A stretch of DNA of 64,000 nt from Octopus vulgaris. Lineage: Eukaryota. The stretch spans positions 32,860,001-32,924,000 of the forward strand of contig OX597819.1 of NCBI GenBank assembly GCA_951406725.2. The letters run 5' to 3'. A model generated the notes under the pieces. It was not told the DNA's origin. It searched no databases and worked only from the letters and a program-made list of their open reading frames with translations. Position 1 is the stretch's first letter, and each line of letters begins with the position of its first letter. The position numbers and the translations under genes are program-made. This document shows positions 25,804 through 40,015 of the stretch, one piece after another.

Positions 25804-27871
25804 TAATATCGTCTGCCTACGCCAACACAGATCTCCTGCGTCCTGGTTCGAGCGGGATGCCTTGCAACAGCTCCAGTTTCTGCAGTAAAGGCTCAACAGT
25901 CAATACAAACAGAAGAGAGGAGAGAATGCACCCTTGACGGACCGATCGGGAAATCTGAAACGGTTCCGAGAGGTGACCATTAATTTTGATCATCGACCAG
26001 ATGCCGCTGTGTATTGCAGGGATCCAGCCTCTGAAGACGAGGCCGAAGCCAGCCGCTTTGAGGACAACCTCCAGAGATCGATGGTCGACCCTATCGAATG
26101 CTTTCAATTAATTTAATTGATCAGCGCTCCACCGAAGCTAGGTTTACACCCTACCCTTTCTATGGTGTATCGCACGTGGTGTAGGTTAACGTGTACGGAC
26201 CTAGTCGGAATTGCGCAGTTTTGCGCTTCTCCAACCAAATCTTCGATGACAAGCGCCAACCTTTTTGCTAATGCCTTGGCCAAAATCTTAAACTCTGTGT
26301 TAATCAGAGTTATTGATCTGAAATTATCTAATGTGTCCCTTTTGTTTTCGTCTTTCCTTATCAGCGTCACTACGCACCGGCTCAGAGAACTGGGAATACT
26401 CCCATTCTCCTGCCAGTAGCTGTAGAGCGTTTCGAGGAGATCAGAGAACAAGTCTGGCATATTTACGTAAAGTTCGTAGGGTTGTTCATCTAAAGCTGGT
26501 GACTTGTGCTTCCTGCAACCGACAAGGCCATCTTGAAATTCAGCTGATGTTATTTGCCTTTTTCACAGCGCTGCCACTCCACCTCCCATTCCCAGCCGAC
26601 TAACAGATGCGAAGATCTGATAGTCGTCGAACATGGGGCCAGTGCGTGTGTATTGGAAATCCTGGTTTCATTGACAACAATTATATCCAGTTCTAGAGAC
26701 CCGAGGTCCCTGATTCCAGGGTGACCCCAGGCCTCGCACATTTAAAATCCTACTCTTAGTTTGGCCATGTTGGCAAACTTAAAGAGAGAAAGGAAAGGTT
26801 TACTTACCTCCTGGTGTCTTGTGAAGGTCGGGTGGTTCGACCTCCATAGTTGTTGGGGTCTTTTGAGAGAACCCCTTTAAGAGACTCGATATGGGTCTCA
26901 AGTCCGGGGTTCCCACGTCCTCTGGAAAGCTCTCTCGCATTTATGTGTAGCAATCGAGTAACATTCGAACAAGAAGTAAATGCATTCGATTCGAAGCTCA
27001 CCCACGCCTGTGTTTCAAATACCGTGTTTTGTGTTACGCGTGATATCAGTTCCTCGTTATCCCTTCCGATGAGTACGAAGTTGGGTGATTTGTGTTGGTG
27101 TTGTTTAATTTGCTTCCTTGACTGTAGTGGTGATGGTGATGTTGATTCGGCGTGTGTTGTGAGTGTGGTATCCGCAGTTTTAGATGTTTGTGTGAGTATA
27201 TGTTCTTGTTTAGATTGTTTGCGTTTGGGGGATTCTGGTGATAGTGATTGTGTTGGTTGTGATTGTGTTGGTAGTTTGGGAGAGATGTTTGCGTGGGTGG
27301 TGTTTGTATATTTTATTGTGTGTGTTGTTATGCTTTGTAGGGTTTTCTTTTTGTACTTTCTTTTTAATTTTTTTTTTGTGCCCTTTCGGTTCTCCTTCTG
27401 TCTTCAGTCATGGTATATATCACCGTCTCGCTCTGGAGACGAATGTGGTCTGGGATTTTTTAAAAATATTTTCGGGTCTGATCTGGAGATGTATCTACAA
27501 GTTAACCCCTGATTAATACTTCCTGGCAGTTCTTGTCGCCTCTATAGGGACAGTATCCGTCCCATCCACAATTACGCATCTCAGAACCCACCAAATATCT
27601 AGTCCTGGGTGGGTTTTAGGGATGCGGACACGGGCTGTACGTTTCCCCGCTGTGGGAGGGGTACATGATGACTTTTCTGGTTTTGCAGGGTGTCAGTGAA
27701 TATTTCTCAGCGAGGGTTTCTGATTGAAATAGCACCGAAATGGTGCCGTATTGTTTGCCCCTCGCTATATATTCGATGTCATTTCTTACGCACCTCAGTG
27801 CTGCCTCAGTATCTACTTTGGCTATCAAAGCAGCGATTTTTGTATCTTCTGAGATGTATCTGAAAAGTACC

Positions 27872-28103
27872 TATTTCTTTATTACCCACAAGGGGCTAAA
27901 CACAGAGGGGACAAGCAAGGACAGACATAGGTATTAAGTCGATTACATCGACCCCAGTGCATAACTGGTACTTAATTTATCGACCCCGAAAGGATGAAAG
28001 GCAAAGTCGACCTCGGCGGAATTTGAACTCACAACGTAACGCAGACGAAATACCGCTAAGCATTTCGCCCGGCGTGCTAACGTTTCTGCCAGCTCGCCGC
28101 CTT
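27872..28103 (-). mobile_element. SINE family B inserted in Tx1 ORF1
   Basis: 13-bp TSD tctgaaaagtacc (27859-27871 / 28104-28116). Confidence 0.92.
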
Positions 28104-28430
28104 TCTGAAAAGTACCGTTCTTGTCACCACTGCTTCAATTGCCTCTAATGGGATCATGAGATTTGCCCAATTGTTCGCTTGTTTAATTAGTTTCCATGCC
28201 TCTAGGAGCACCGTCTCCCTATTTGTGAGGTCTACGGCATATTGGTACTTGGGCTTGGCTGCTGCAAAACTATTTTTGATAGTTTTATTAGCATTGTTTT
28301 CGTTGTTGTTTTTGTTGCTGCCGTTGTTGTTGTTATCGTTCTTATCGATGTTACTGGTATTGGTTTTGTTGTTGTTACTGTCGTCACTTTTGCTCTTGTT
28401 GTTGTTATTGCTATTGCTATCGCTACTGCC

Positions 28431-28819
28431 GTGGAGGCGCAATGGCCCAGTGGTTAGGGCAGCGGGATCGCGGTCATAGGATCGCGGTTTCGATTGCCAG
28501 ACCGGGCGTTTGTGAGTGTTTATTGAGCGAAAACACCTAAACTCCACGAGGCTCCGGCAGGGGATGGTGGTGATCCCTGCTGTACTCTTTCACCACAACT
28601 TTCTCTCACTCTTACTTCCTGTTTCTGTTGTACCTGTATTTCAAAGGGCCAGCCTTGTCACTCTCTGTGTCACACTGAATATCCCCGAGAACTACATTAA
28701 GGGTACAAGTGTCTGTGGAGTGCTCAGCCACTTACACGCTAATTTCACGAGCAGGCTGTTCCGTTGATTCGGATCAACCGGAACCCTCGTCGTCGTAACC
28801 GACGGAGTGCTTCCATCCC
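28431..28819 (+). mobile_element. tRNA-derived SINE with head X and tail type 1, full length
   Basis: A/B-box head tggcccagtggttagg..ggtttcgattgcc; 12-bp TSD atcgctactgcc (28419-28430 / 28820-28831). Confidence 0.92.
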
Positions 28820-30000
28820 ATCGCTACTGCCACTGCTGTTGCTTTCTTTTTCATGGTTGTTGCTGCTCTCATTACTACTACTGCGGCGGCTGCTATCAAT
28901 GCTGCGGCTGCTGCTGTTGTCACTTCTACCGCCGCTAGTGTTTCTGATACTATTGCTGTTACGGTTCGTTGTACTTTGTACTATGTCAGTCTTGTTCTTT
29001 TCCTCCTTCCCTTCCCCTGTATTGTTGCCCGTGACAGAGGGAAGAGGAAGGAAGTCTTCATCTATTACCATAATGGTAGGAGGGTTTGTTTTGTTTTCCC
29101 TCAATTCTTTCAAGAGTGTTCCGCCATCTTGTTGAGTTGTATTGATACTTTGATACTTTGATAGGTTTCGGCCATTATTGGCCCAGGCCATGTCTAACTT
29201 AATAGCACCACCTGGTAAAATTATTGATTCTATTAAATTTTACCGCACACCGAATTTATTTGGTGAGCCGATAATCGCCCCTCTGGGGGCTACACAACCA
29301 TATAAAAACCAGTAATAGGTTCCTGGTGCTTCTATTCACAACTGGAAATAAAATAATTATTGCAAAACGACACCAAACCAGGGGTAAATAAATATTTTGA
29401 AACGATCTTACTTGGAGCACTCGAAAACACGTCCGATGTGTTCCGCAGCAACAACAACAATAACAACAACAGCAACAACATTATTGATAATAACTGCTCC
29501 TACCCTTACAATTTTGGATCACACATACAAGAAATATTCTCTGGCCTTTTATATCGGAACTCTATTTCTTAACCTACATTTCGCGTTTGTTCCGAGATTT
29601 TTAAACGGTGTTTTTGAGAAGTATTGTAATGGCGAATGTTCAACGAAGGAGAAGCGACTCAGACAGTTGAATATGTTTAATCATTTAGTTTCCCTTGCCG
29701 TAAGTCATAGTTAACGTTTGCATGTCAATGTATGTATGCATGTATGTATATGTATTTGTATGTTTATGTTTTAAGTTTTATGTAGGTATGTATGTATGTG
29801 CATGTATACGTGCGTGCGTTTGCACACGTGTGTGTGTGTGCGTGCGCGCGTGTGTGCGTTGTTTCGTATTTATGCCATACAAAGAAGAGAGGATCCACAG
29901 AAATTCGAAATCTAATTACGTAATGTTTCATCTAATTCACTGCCTCATATTGAATAATCGACATTTGTATTTTACATTGATAATGTCTTTTTTTTTCTTA

Positions 30001-30038
<38 letters not shown>

Positions 30039-31021
30039 TTATGTGTAAAGTGTAAATTAAGCAGAGATAGGAAAGATAGGAAAGCTTTACATTCCTCAAC
30101 AATGTCAGCTGATCCTTCAAGATTCAAGCCAAAACAAAAAAAAAAAAAAAAGAAAAGAAATTGTGGTAGGCAATAATACATTTTAAACACTATTTTCTGG
30201 TGCGAAAGAAGTGTTGAAATATTTAACAAAAATAAATGCAGCGATCTCTGACTCGCTGCTGCTGTTTTAGCTTGGAAATGTTTTCATGCGAAATGCAGAA
30301 CACACACACATATGCATATGCATATACATACAGAGACAGGCATAAACACATATGCACTCGCACAGTCACACACACATGCATATACACACATACGCATGTT
30401 CTTGAAGTATGTGTTTATGAACTCAATGTTATCGACCTGAAATCTTAATTCCTTATGGTGCCATAACGTATGACTACATTCTCATGGTTACATAAGCGTT
30501 TACCGTTTCCTCTCTGAAATATTCTGCTGCTTTTAAATGCTGTTTTTTAATCCCTGCGTTGCCACGATGAAGCATACTTATGTTAGAATGTGACTCAACC
30601 GTAACCATACGATCTTGTTTTTTCAAGCTTTATGTTTTCATAACACCATTGTCAAATGCTTTTTGTGAAGGTGATTTGCGAAGTATTAGACTGCATGGTC
30701 TAGGAGGTTGAGCCACCGCGCTGAGATTCAACTGTTGGTTCAGCAATGTGTAGAAGTAACCATATATGTATGACTAAGCGGTCATACACCAGGATGTCAA
30801 ACAGACATGAAAAGACACACGCACACGCATCATATGTGTGTGTATGCGTGCGTTCGTGTGTGCGTGTGTACGTGCGTGTGCGTATGTATGTGTGTGTATA
30901 TATATGTGCATATATCTATATATATATATGTGTGTGTGTATATATATAAATATGCGTGTGTATATATACACGTACTCGCGTTCATTTGTCTTGTGTTTGT
31001 TCTTCGTTTTGGGGGGATTTA

Positions 31022-31450
<429 letters not shown>

Positions 31451-31653
31451 CACAGTGCGATGCGTAAATTGTCGCCTATTATATATTTAATTTCGCGTAT
31501 GCACGTTGTGTTTGTTTTTGTCGACTACACAGTTTTGCAGGCTCAGTCGGACACCATTCGTGAGAAAACAGCAATATGACGCAGTTCACTCTGCCAGACA
31601 CTTACAAAACGACATGCTTAATATTCGTGCCGGAAACTCTAATAGGAACATTT

Positions 31654-32046
31654 CAGGAGTGGCTGTGTGGTAAGTAGCTTGCTAACCAACCTCATGGTTC
31701 CGGGTTCAGTCCCACTGCGTGGCATCTTGGGCAAGTGTCTTCTGCTATAGCCCCGGGCCGACCAATGCCTTGTGAGCGGATTTGGTAGACGGAAACTGAA
31801 AGAAGCCTGTCGTATATATGTATATATATATATATGTATGTGTGTTTGTGTGTCTGTGTTTGTCCCCCTAGCATTGCTTGACAACCGATGCTGGTGTGTT
31901 TACGTCCCCGTCACTTAGCGGTTCGGCAAAAGAGACCGATAGAATAAGTACTGGGCTTACAAAGAATAAGTCCCGGGGTCGATTTGCTCGACTAAAGGCG
32001 GTGATCCAGCATGGCCGCAGTCAAATGACTGAAACAAGTAAAAGAG
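31654..32046 (+). mobile_element. SINE family A, young copy
   Basis: Near-identical to the 32277 and 38927 copies. Confidence 0.93.
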
Positions 32047-32276
32047 AAAGAGAAAGCGTGTTTGGGAGTCAATCTGAGAACAGTGCAATCTAAGGACATA
32101 TACCGAGAGGGATAAAATCAAACATCCAGTCAACATCATAGTGTCTGGAGTGATCACTAGTAATGGCGATATTATGCCTCCATTCATTCTCTCACACGGC
32201 CTCAGACTCAACACAGAGGCTAGAGCAGGTAGTGCTGTCCTGGGTCAAGAGGATGTATGCTGGAAGACACTATATA

Positions 32277-32453
32277 GGCGCAGGAGTGGCTGTGTGGTAA
32301 GTAGCTTGCTAACCAGCCACATGTTTGCGGGTTCAGTCCCACTGCGTGGCATCTTGGGCAAGTGTCTTCTGCTATAGCCCCGGGCCGACCAATGCCTTGT
32401 GAGTGGATTTGGTAGACGAAAACTGAAAGAAGCCTGTCGTATATATGTATATG

Positions 32454-32505
<52 letters not shown>

Positions 32506-32706
32506 ATTGTGTGTCTATGTTTGTCCCCTAGCATTGCTTGACAACCGATGCTGGTGTGTTTACGTCCCCGTCACTTAGCGGTTCGGCAAAAGATATCGAT
32601 AGAATAAGTACTGGGCTTACAAAGAATAAGTCCCGGGGTCGATTTGCTCGACTAAAGGCGGTGCTCCAGCATGGCCGCAGTCAAATGACTGAAACAAGTA
32701 AAAGAG
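32277..32706 (+). mobile_element. SINE family A, young copy
   Basis: ggcgcaggagtggctgtgtggtaag head through gactgaaacaagtaaaagag tail. Confidence 0.93.
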
Positions 32707-32966
32707 TATACCTGGCAACAGGACTCTTCACTATGCCACACGAGCAGGGGATCCCAGTCACAGCTGTCATGCAATATCTGCAAGCACATTTCTGCAACCC
32801 CAAGCATCTAACCACTTAACTTCTCAGCCTGCAACACTCTTGATTATTATGCGTGGAGTGCAGTTGAGTGAGAGACCAACAAAACTCCCTCTTCATTCTT
32901 CTATCGCCGTTGTCAATTATTGTTGTATCTATATGTAGTACCAGCAGTGATGTCAGCAATAGCAAG

Positions 32967-33340
32967 TAGAGGCGCAATGGCCCAATGGTTAGGGCAGCGG
33001 ACTCGCGGTCGGAGGATCGCGGTTTCGATTCCTAGACCGAGCGTTGTGTGTGTTTATTGAGCGAAAACACCTAAAGCTCCACGAGGCTCCGGCACGGGGT
33101 GGGGGTGACCCCTGTTGTACTCTTTCGCTCCAACTTCCTCTCACTCTTCCTTCCTGTTTCTTGTCCCCGACTTCCTACGCAACCGCTGAGCCTGGATGCG
33201 CATTCACCCATCCGTCGATGGTGTCGGGGTTGACCTGCTTTCTCTTCTGCGGGTCTTACGAATAGCAAAGGACCAACGTTTCGGACTTCTCCCAGGACGA
33301 AGTCCGCTTCGCTCAACAAGCAAAGAAACAAACAAACAAA
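32967..33340 (+). mobile_element. tRNA-derived SINE with head X and tail type 2
   Basis: Same ~190-bp 5' part as 28431, unrelated 3' part, (AAAC)n tail. Confidence 0.88.
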
Positions 33341-33415
33341 GCAACAGCAACAGTAAAAGGGGTGGAGGTACTGGTAGTAGTGGTAGTTGAGCCTCAAATT
33401 CTTGTGCTGTCAGAA

Positions 33416-33468
<53 letters not shown>

Positions 33469-33576
33469 GTACTACTGCTGCTGCTACTGCTACTGCTGCT
33501 GCTGCTACTGCTGCTGCTGCTACTGCTGCTACTGCTGCTGCTGCTGCTACTGCTGCTACAGCTGCTACTGCTACTC
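33416..33576. repeat. (CTA)n/(CTG)n trinucleotide repeat
   Basis: Direct inspection. Confidence 0.95.
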
Positions 33577-33774
33577 TTACCATTGGTGTCCGCACTTGAC
33601 CTCGCTTTGAAATTTTTGTAGATAAAACCACCGATAATTATTGCATCCGATTTTGGAAAAAGGAGTTATTTTTTGCCAACCGGTGAGATTTTTTTCATGT
33701 ATTGCCCCTTAATCTTGGAGGAGTATCTCGATTTACTTTTGTATCTGTTATGAAAATTTTTTCTGTTTCTCTAT

Positions 33775-35150
33775 CCATGGAGAAAACAACAATCAACGTA
33801 GTGAGGCTCGTTTGCGACAGAGTGGGGAGAGTGAAGAGTGACTTCAGAATGCATTAAAAGAGGGACGGAGTGGAACGCGATAAGACACTGCATTGCAAAA
33901 AGACGACAAGGCAACTTTCGACAAAAAATAATGTTGAAAATAAACACAAAAGTGAAAATTTCAACAAAGAAATTATTATAACCAGTTTCATCAACGACAA
34001 TGCCCAACATGAAATAGGACAGACAATGAAAAGTATCAAAGCCAACAACAACAGTAGCAGCAACATCAATACCAACATATTTGAAGACAGACACAAAATG
34101 GATAATTTTTTTTTAAAGAAAACGAAGCCACATCTTCCACAACGAACAAGAGCAAGAACAACAACAACAACAACAACAACAATAACAACAGCGGCAGATC
34201 CAGCTCATCTTTAGTTAAAATTATTAAAGAGATGGTGAGAGGAGAACACTCTTTTGACATTGATTTTCATAAAATATCCGGAAATACCAGATAAAACCTA
34301 ATCGTCTCGTTCTGCCACCATGTGAAAAAGATTAGATCACACAAAAACCGGTGACCAGTCTTGTCTTAATAGGAAGACCAGGTCGATCGAAAATCTGATA
34401 CCTGCACAAGCAGAGAAATACCTGAAAGATGTCTGGGGTTCGTCGTGGCACATTAAGAGAGGAAGAGATTTTGGATCTCTCGGAGCTAAATGCTATAGCA
34501 AAGAGGCAGCCAAAAGGATGGCCTTGCACACTGACTCCTCAGATGAACATATTTTCAGCCCATTTTATTTGGAGAAACGAGTGAATAAGATTACATTTAC
34601 AAATGTGTCTCTGGTACTTAACATCCAATATTTCAGGATGATATTGGATGAAAATAGATATTCTAAGTTTGAAATCCACCCCAAAATAAAATTGGACGAT
34701 TGTCTGGGTGGGGAGCCCACAAAGGTTGTGGTTGAAGACAGAAAGGACAAATGTTACGCTTGTGGAAGTATAACTGATCAAAAGGATATCTGCCCTCATA
34801 AAGAAACCAAAACCACCCCTGTTGGTAACTCCACAAACACATCTACAATAACACCATGAGTAGCTGAAGACCTCCACACCAAAACCTCGGCTACGAAACA
34901 GTTTGCTCCTCGCTCCCACATAAAAACAAACTCTTCCCAACCACTCTGCTCCCCAAACCAACAACAGATACTTCTTTCGACTAGGCTTCACCATCTCCCG
35001 CCGATTCTTTGGACAAAGATTTGGAAAAGAAATATCTGGCCGAAAGATGTTAGATATTCCCCAAAGGACGAAAGCGGAAAATAGAGACCCACTCGAAGAA
35101 CACAACCAAAACAATTACAAACACAAAAACCACAGCTACAGCTCACTTCA
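33775..35150 (+). pseudogene. Tx1/L1-type ORF1 (gag-like) remnant
   Basis: Asn/Thr-rich N-terminal frames and VVVEDRKDKCYACGSITDQKDIC, a C-x2-C-x4-(H>D)-x4-C zinc knuckle; no ORF2 follows. Confidence 0.55.
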
Positions 35151-35161
35151 CAGCCACTCTA

Positions 35162-35162
<1 letters not shown>

Positions 35163-35192
<30 letters not shown>

Positions 35193-35359
35193 CTGGCAGA
35201 ATACAGAAGGAAGAGAAGGAGGAGGAGGAGGAGGAGGAAGAGAAGGAGAAGAAGAAGAAGAAGAAGAAGAAGAAGAAGAAGAAGAAGAAGAAGAAGAAGA
35301 AGAAGAAGAAGAAGAAGAAGAAGAAGAAGAAGAAGAAGAAGAAGAAGAAGAAGAAGAAG
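35163..35359. repeat. (TTC)n-(GGA)n-(GAA)n tract
   Basis: Direct inspection. Confidence 0.95.
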
Positions 35360-36132
35360 CTAACAGTAACAGCCAGAGCAACAGCATCGGTGGAAGCACT
35401 GCTGGAAGTCATTCATTTGTCGGTGTGGTAAAAGCTTCTGATTTACTCCTATGAGGAAAACATATGAATGCTGGAAGTGGTAGAACGACACATCGAAACT
35501 CTAAGCGTAAGAAAGCTTTCACCCAAGATGTTTTAGAACGATTAGAAAGAACCGCGGCATAGAGATGCATAGATTTCAAGAGGCATACACTGGAACAAAT
35601 CTCACCAGGGCAAACTGAATTGCGCTTGAAAAGCTTCAGGTAGGACTTAGTCTTTGTCACACGTGCCAGGTTATACGGTTGCATACAAATTACTTTTCAT
35701 GGCCAAGAAGCACTTCACCATCCTTAGAGCAAACAGAGAGAACAGTGGTATAGAGATGCATAAAATTGGAGAGGCATAGACTAGAGTAAATCTCATCTAG
35801 ATGCATCTTGTGGGACACAGATTTTGTCATCCGTGCCATCCATAACAGTGATATTTTAATTCGGAGACCTACGATGTGTGTAATTTTTCGTATTGTACTT
35901 AGAAGCATTATTTTACAGAGTTAACATTTCTATGCATTATGAGTTTGATTCTTGGAATGAATTTACAACGATAAATCATATATTCAATCATGCTTGATAA
36001 TTCAACACTTACTGCAATAAACTGAGTTTGTAATTACTGTGCTTCCATTCTATTATTGATTGTTCGCCATTAGCGACTGCCAGCAACGAAGTTTTATTTT
36101 ATCTACTATGTCTTTTAGCCATAACTAAATAT

Positions 36133-36621
36133 ATGTTTCTTTATTACCCACAAGGGGCTAAACATAGAGAGGACAAACAAGGACAGACAAACGAATTAAG
36201 CCGATTACATCGACCCTAATGAGTAACTGGTACTTAATTTATCGACCCCGAAAGGATGAAAGGCAAAGTCGACCTCGATAGAATTTCAACTCAGAACGTA
36301 AGGGCAGACGAAATGCGGTTACGCATTTCGCCCGGCGTGCTTAACGGTTCTGCCAGCTCGCCGCTTTCTTTTTAGCCATAACTAAATATATATTTCTTTA
36401 CTACCCACAAGGGGCTAAACACAGAGGGGACAAACAAGGACAGACAAACGAATTAAGTCGATTACATCGACCCTAATGAGTAACTGGTACTTAATTTATC
36501 GACCCCGAAAGGATGAAAGGCAAAGTCGACCTCGGCAGAATTTGAACTCAGAACGAAAGGACAGACGAAATGCGGTTACGCATTTCGCCCGGCGTGCTAA
36601 CGGTTCTGCCAGCTCGCCGCT
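36133..36621 (-). mobile_element. Two tandem SINE family B copies separated and flanked by the same TSD
   Basis: ttttagccataactaaatata occurs three times (~36114, ~36370, ~36626). Confidence 0.92.
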
Positions 36622-36887
36622 TTCTTTTTAGCCATAACTAAATATAATTAACTAAATTGTTAAGTAAATGTAATACTGGCGGAGGGAAGGGGGGAAAAGA
36701 AAAATAAAGGAATATTATTGAATATGTGACGTTTATTCATTTCTCAAAGACGTTAAAGATGTCTGTGAAGCTAGACAATTCCAGTTGAAAACACAAGGCT
36801 ACTGCGAAATTAGTGCTATTCTAAAATGCTAGTAGCTTGCAATATTACGTAAATATATATAAACACACATTATTTCTGATGTCTCTG

Positions 36888-36946
<59 letters not shown>

Positions 36947-37687
36947 CCGTCTCTGTCTGCCTGTCTGACTCACTCACTTTCTCTTTCTCTCTCCCCCTCT
37001 ATCTCTCTGTAAATATCACAAACATCATGTCTTCAGATTAATTGTTGATGACACACAGTTATCAACAGGATAGTTGATCTTTAGTCTTCCTATTTTGCGG
37101 GTGTTAGACGAATACTGTGTGCGAACCTGTAAGATGGACTGTGTCTAGTATAGAGTGGGAGATTAGGTACGGATTTCTTCAAGTTTGAAATCGGGTGCTT
37201 TTGGCAGCGTAACACTTTGTTCAAAGCATTCAAACTCGGTTACTAGTGTAGCAATATAGTCCTCTCTTCCTCTCATCAGTCTCATGCGACTCGTAAAAGA
37301 TTAAAGACTCCTCGAGTCATAAAAATGTTTGGATATTTCCGCATTTCTGCTTGCATACATACATGCATACATACATACGCACGCACACACACACATTCAT
37401 ACATATGCACACACGCACGTACACACACACATACATCATACTTACATACACACGCACACACACACATAAACACATTCATACATACATACATGCATATATA
37501 CATGCATACAAACATACATACGCACGCACAGACACACATACCAACATATATATATTTGCATGCACGCACACACACACGCACACACATATATACATACATA
37601 CACACAAATGCCAACACACCCACACAAATACGCACACACATTCACACACGCGCGCGCACATACACACACATTTTTTTTATCTTTCAT

Positions 37688-37909
37688 CTTTTACTTGTTT
37701 CAGTCATTAGACTGCGATCATACTGGGCTACCGCCTTCAAGAATATTTTTGTCGAATATATCAACCCTAGTGCTTACATTTTATAAGCTTGGTACTTATT
37801 CTATTGATGCCTTTTTGCCGAAATGCTAAGTTACAGTGACGTAAACACACCAGTAAACTCGCCAGTACCGATTGTCAAGTGGTTCTAGGGGACAAACACA
37901 GACACAAAG

Positions 37910-37990
<81 letters not shown>

Positions 37991-38185
37991 TACGCACACA
38001 CACACACACAAGCACACATATATATATATGCATATATACGACAGGATTCTTTCAGTTTCCATCTACCAAATCCACTCACAAGGCTTTGATCGGCCCGAGG
38101 CTATAGTAGATGCCACGTAGTGGGACTGAACCCGGAACCATTTGGTTGGGAAGCAAGCTTCTTACCACACAGTCATTCCTGCACT
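37688..38185 (-). mobile_element. SINE family A
   Basis: Reverse-complement match with (CA)n middle. Confidence 0.85.
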
Positions 38186-38926
38186 TACTAAACTATCAAT
38201 TTATCCACTACACTGTCTCTAATACGAAAAATCGAACGAAAGCCTACACGAGCAAATGAGGACGTATTGTATTGATTAGTTTTATATAGTAACCGAGTTC
38301 ACATGTTGAAAATTCTACAGTATTATGTTCTTACATAACCGCAGAATGAGCAAAACTTGAATGCTGATTGCACAATATGGATAGAATGGTGTCTTATATA
38401 CACCACTCCTTAAATGGGTTACCTCTGAATCACATATATCTTCCCCAAGTTGGACTGGACTAAAATTTAGTGCCAAGCCACACAATAACAGCTGTAACAA
38501 TTATCAAATTTCTAATTAAACTAAGTAACAAGCTATCCATCTAACTAATAAAACTGGATGTCAATTAACATTTTAATCGACTGTTGATCAAACGAATCAA
38601 TGTCTAACTGTTAGCAATCACCAACAACCTAAAAAGAAATGAAAGAAAACGGACCGAAATGAAATGAAAAGAAAAGAGGTTAATGTAATTTGAGGAAAAA
38701 AAAAAGTTATTTTCTTTTTGTTTTTTACTCAAAGATGATATAAAAAAAAATCAATATGTCTGTCAGTTCACTGTCTTGTTTTATTCTGATCAAAGCGGAT
38801 AACGGATAATAGGCAGAGTGCAGAGAGTATTTAAGTGCTCAACTGCTGAAGATATATTAATCATTCATGCACTTATAAGGTCCGATATATTTTATAAAAC
38901 ATTTGTAAGATAATACATACATACAT

Positions 38927-39352
38927 AGGCGCAGGAGTGGCTATAGGCGCAGGAGTGGCTGTGTGGTAAGTAGCTTGTTTACCGACCACATGGTTCCGGG
39001 TTCAGTCCCACTGCGTGGCATCTTGGGCAAGTGTCTTCTGCTATAGCCCCGGGCCGACCAATGCCTTGTGAGCGGATTTGGTAGACGGAAACTGAAAGAA
39101 GCCTGTCGTATATATGTATATATATATATGTATGTGTGTGTGTTTGTGTGTCTGTGTTTGTTCCCCTAGCATTGCTTGACAACCGATGCTGGTGTGTTTA
39201 CGTCCCCGTCACTTAGCGGTTCGGCAAAAGAGACCGATAGAATAAGTACTGGGCTTACAAAGAATAAGTCCCGGGGTCGATTTCCTCGACTAAAGGCGGT
39301 GCCCCAGCATGGCCGCAGTCGAATGACTGAAACAAGTAAAAGAGTAAAGAGA
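38927..39352 (+). mobile_element. SINE family A, young, with 18-bp duplicated 5' end
   Basis: ataggcgcaggagtggct twice, then full body. Confidence 0.93.
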
Positions 39353-39409
39353 AAGAGATACATACATACATACATACATACATACATACATACATACATA
39401 CATCATCTG

Positions 39410-39713
39410 GCGGCTCTCCGTCAATTTCGACGACGATCAACAGAACAGCTGGCTCATCAAACTAAGGTTCAAGTGGCTAAGCACTCCACAGACATGCATA
39501 GCCCTAACGTGGTTCTCAGAGAGATTCAGTGTGATACGTCACACAGTTGCTCCTTTGAATAACAGATACAACTCATTTTTGCCAGATGAGTGGAATGGAG
39601 CAACATGAAACAGAGAGTCTTGTTCAAGAAGACAACACACAGCCAGGCCAGGGAATCAAACTCTTGACCTTATGATCCTGAGCCGAATAACTCAACCACC
39701 AGGTCACATGCCG
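39410..39713 (-). mobile_element. Old tRNA-SINE with CORE-like middle and tail type 1
   Basis: Tail similar to 28640-28810; different head; ttgctccattccactcatctggcaaaaatgag middle. Confidence 0.6.
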
Positions 39714-39819
39714 TACATACATACATACATACATGCATGCATACATACATACATACATACACACATACGTACATACATACGTAAGCACATACATACATAT
39801 ATACATACATATATATATT

Positions 39820-40015
39820 CGCCATGATAGATCGCTAGCCACTACACACATTTTTTCTCTCCTTGTTTCTCTCCTTGTTTCTTTCTGTGTTCCTTCCTGT
39901 GGAAGAACATAGGCTCGAAATGTTAAAGGCTATTCAATTCCCGAGCGTTATACTAATACATCTGTTTGTTTTCTACACCACCTGTATTCGTATTTTTATT
40001 CTGAATTCTCCACTA
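39820..40015 (+). mobile_element. Penelope-like pLTR fragment with degenerate hammerhead
   Basis: Homologous to 48680-48870; gaagaacataggctcgaaatgtt. Confidence 0.55.

Larger units (their letters stand above)
25805..29200 (-). pseudogene. Tx1/L1-clade LINE remnant: Asn/Ser-rich ORF1, deleted APE endonuclease, partial RT
   Basis: ORF1 start MAWANNGRN at 29191; ORF2 start near 26768 (..NVRGL..VVNETRI); RT NFRSITLINTEFKILAKALAKRL, KAFDRVDH, SVRQGC.LS.LLF; two SINE insertions in ORF1. Confidence 0.8.
31451..32890 (+). pseudogene. Decayed maT-type mariner fragment interrupted by two SINE A copies
   Basis: KIKHPVNI..GVITSNGDIMPPFILSHGLRLNTE, WQQDS..CHTS and LDYYAWSAVE motifs; 5' boundary approximate. 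Confidence 0.6.

Noticed and set aside
26850-27512. 220-aa plus-strand ORF, and Leu-rich ORFs at 28156 and 28764
   Set aside because: Antisense shadows of the low-complexity Tx1 ORF1
28431-28505. tRNA gene (also 32967, 41729, 46666)
   Set aside because: A/B boxes present but no proper cloverleaf acceptor stem; these are SINE heads
33387-33631. Poly-Thr/Ala, poly-Glu (35047) and poly-Asn (15326) proteins
   Set aside because: Trinucleotide microsatellites with no coding context
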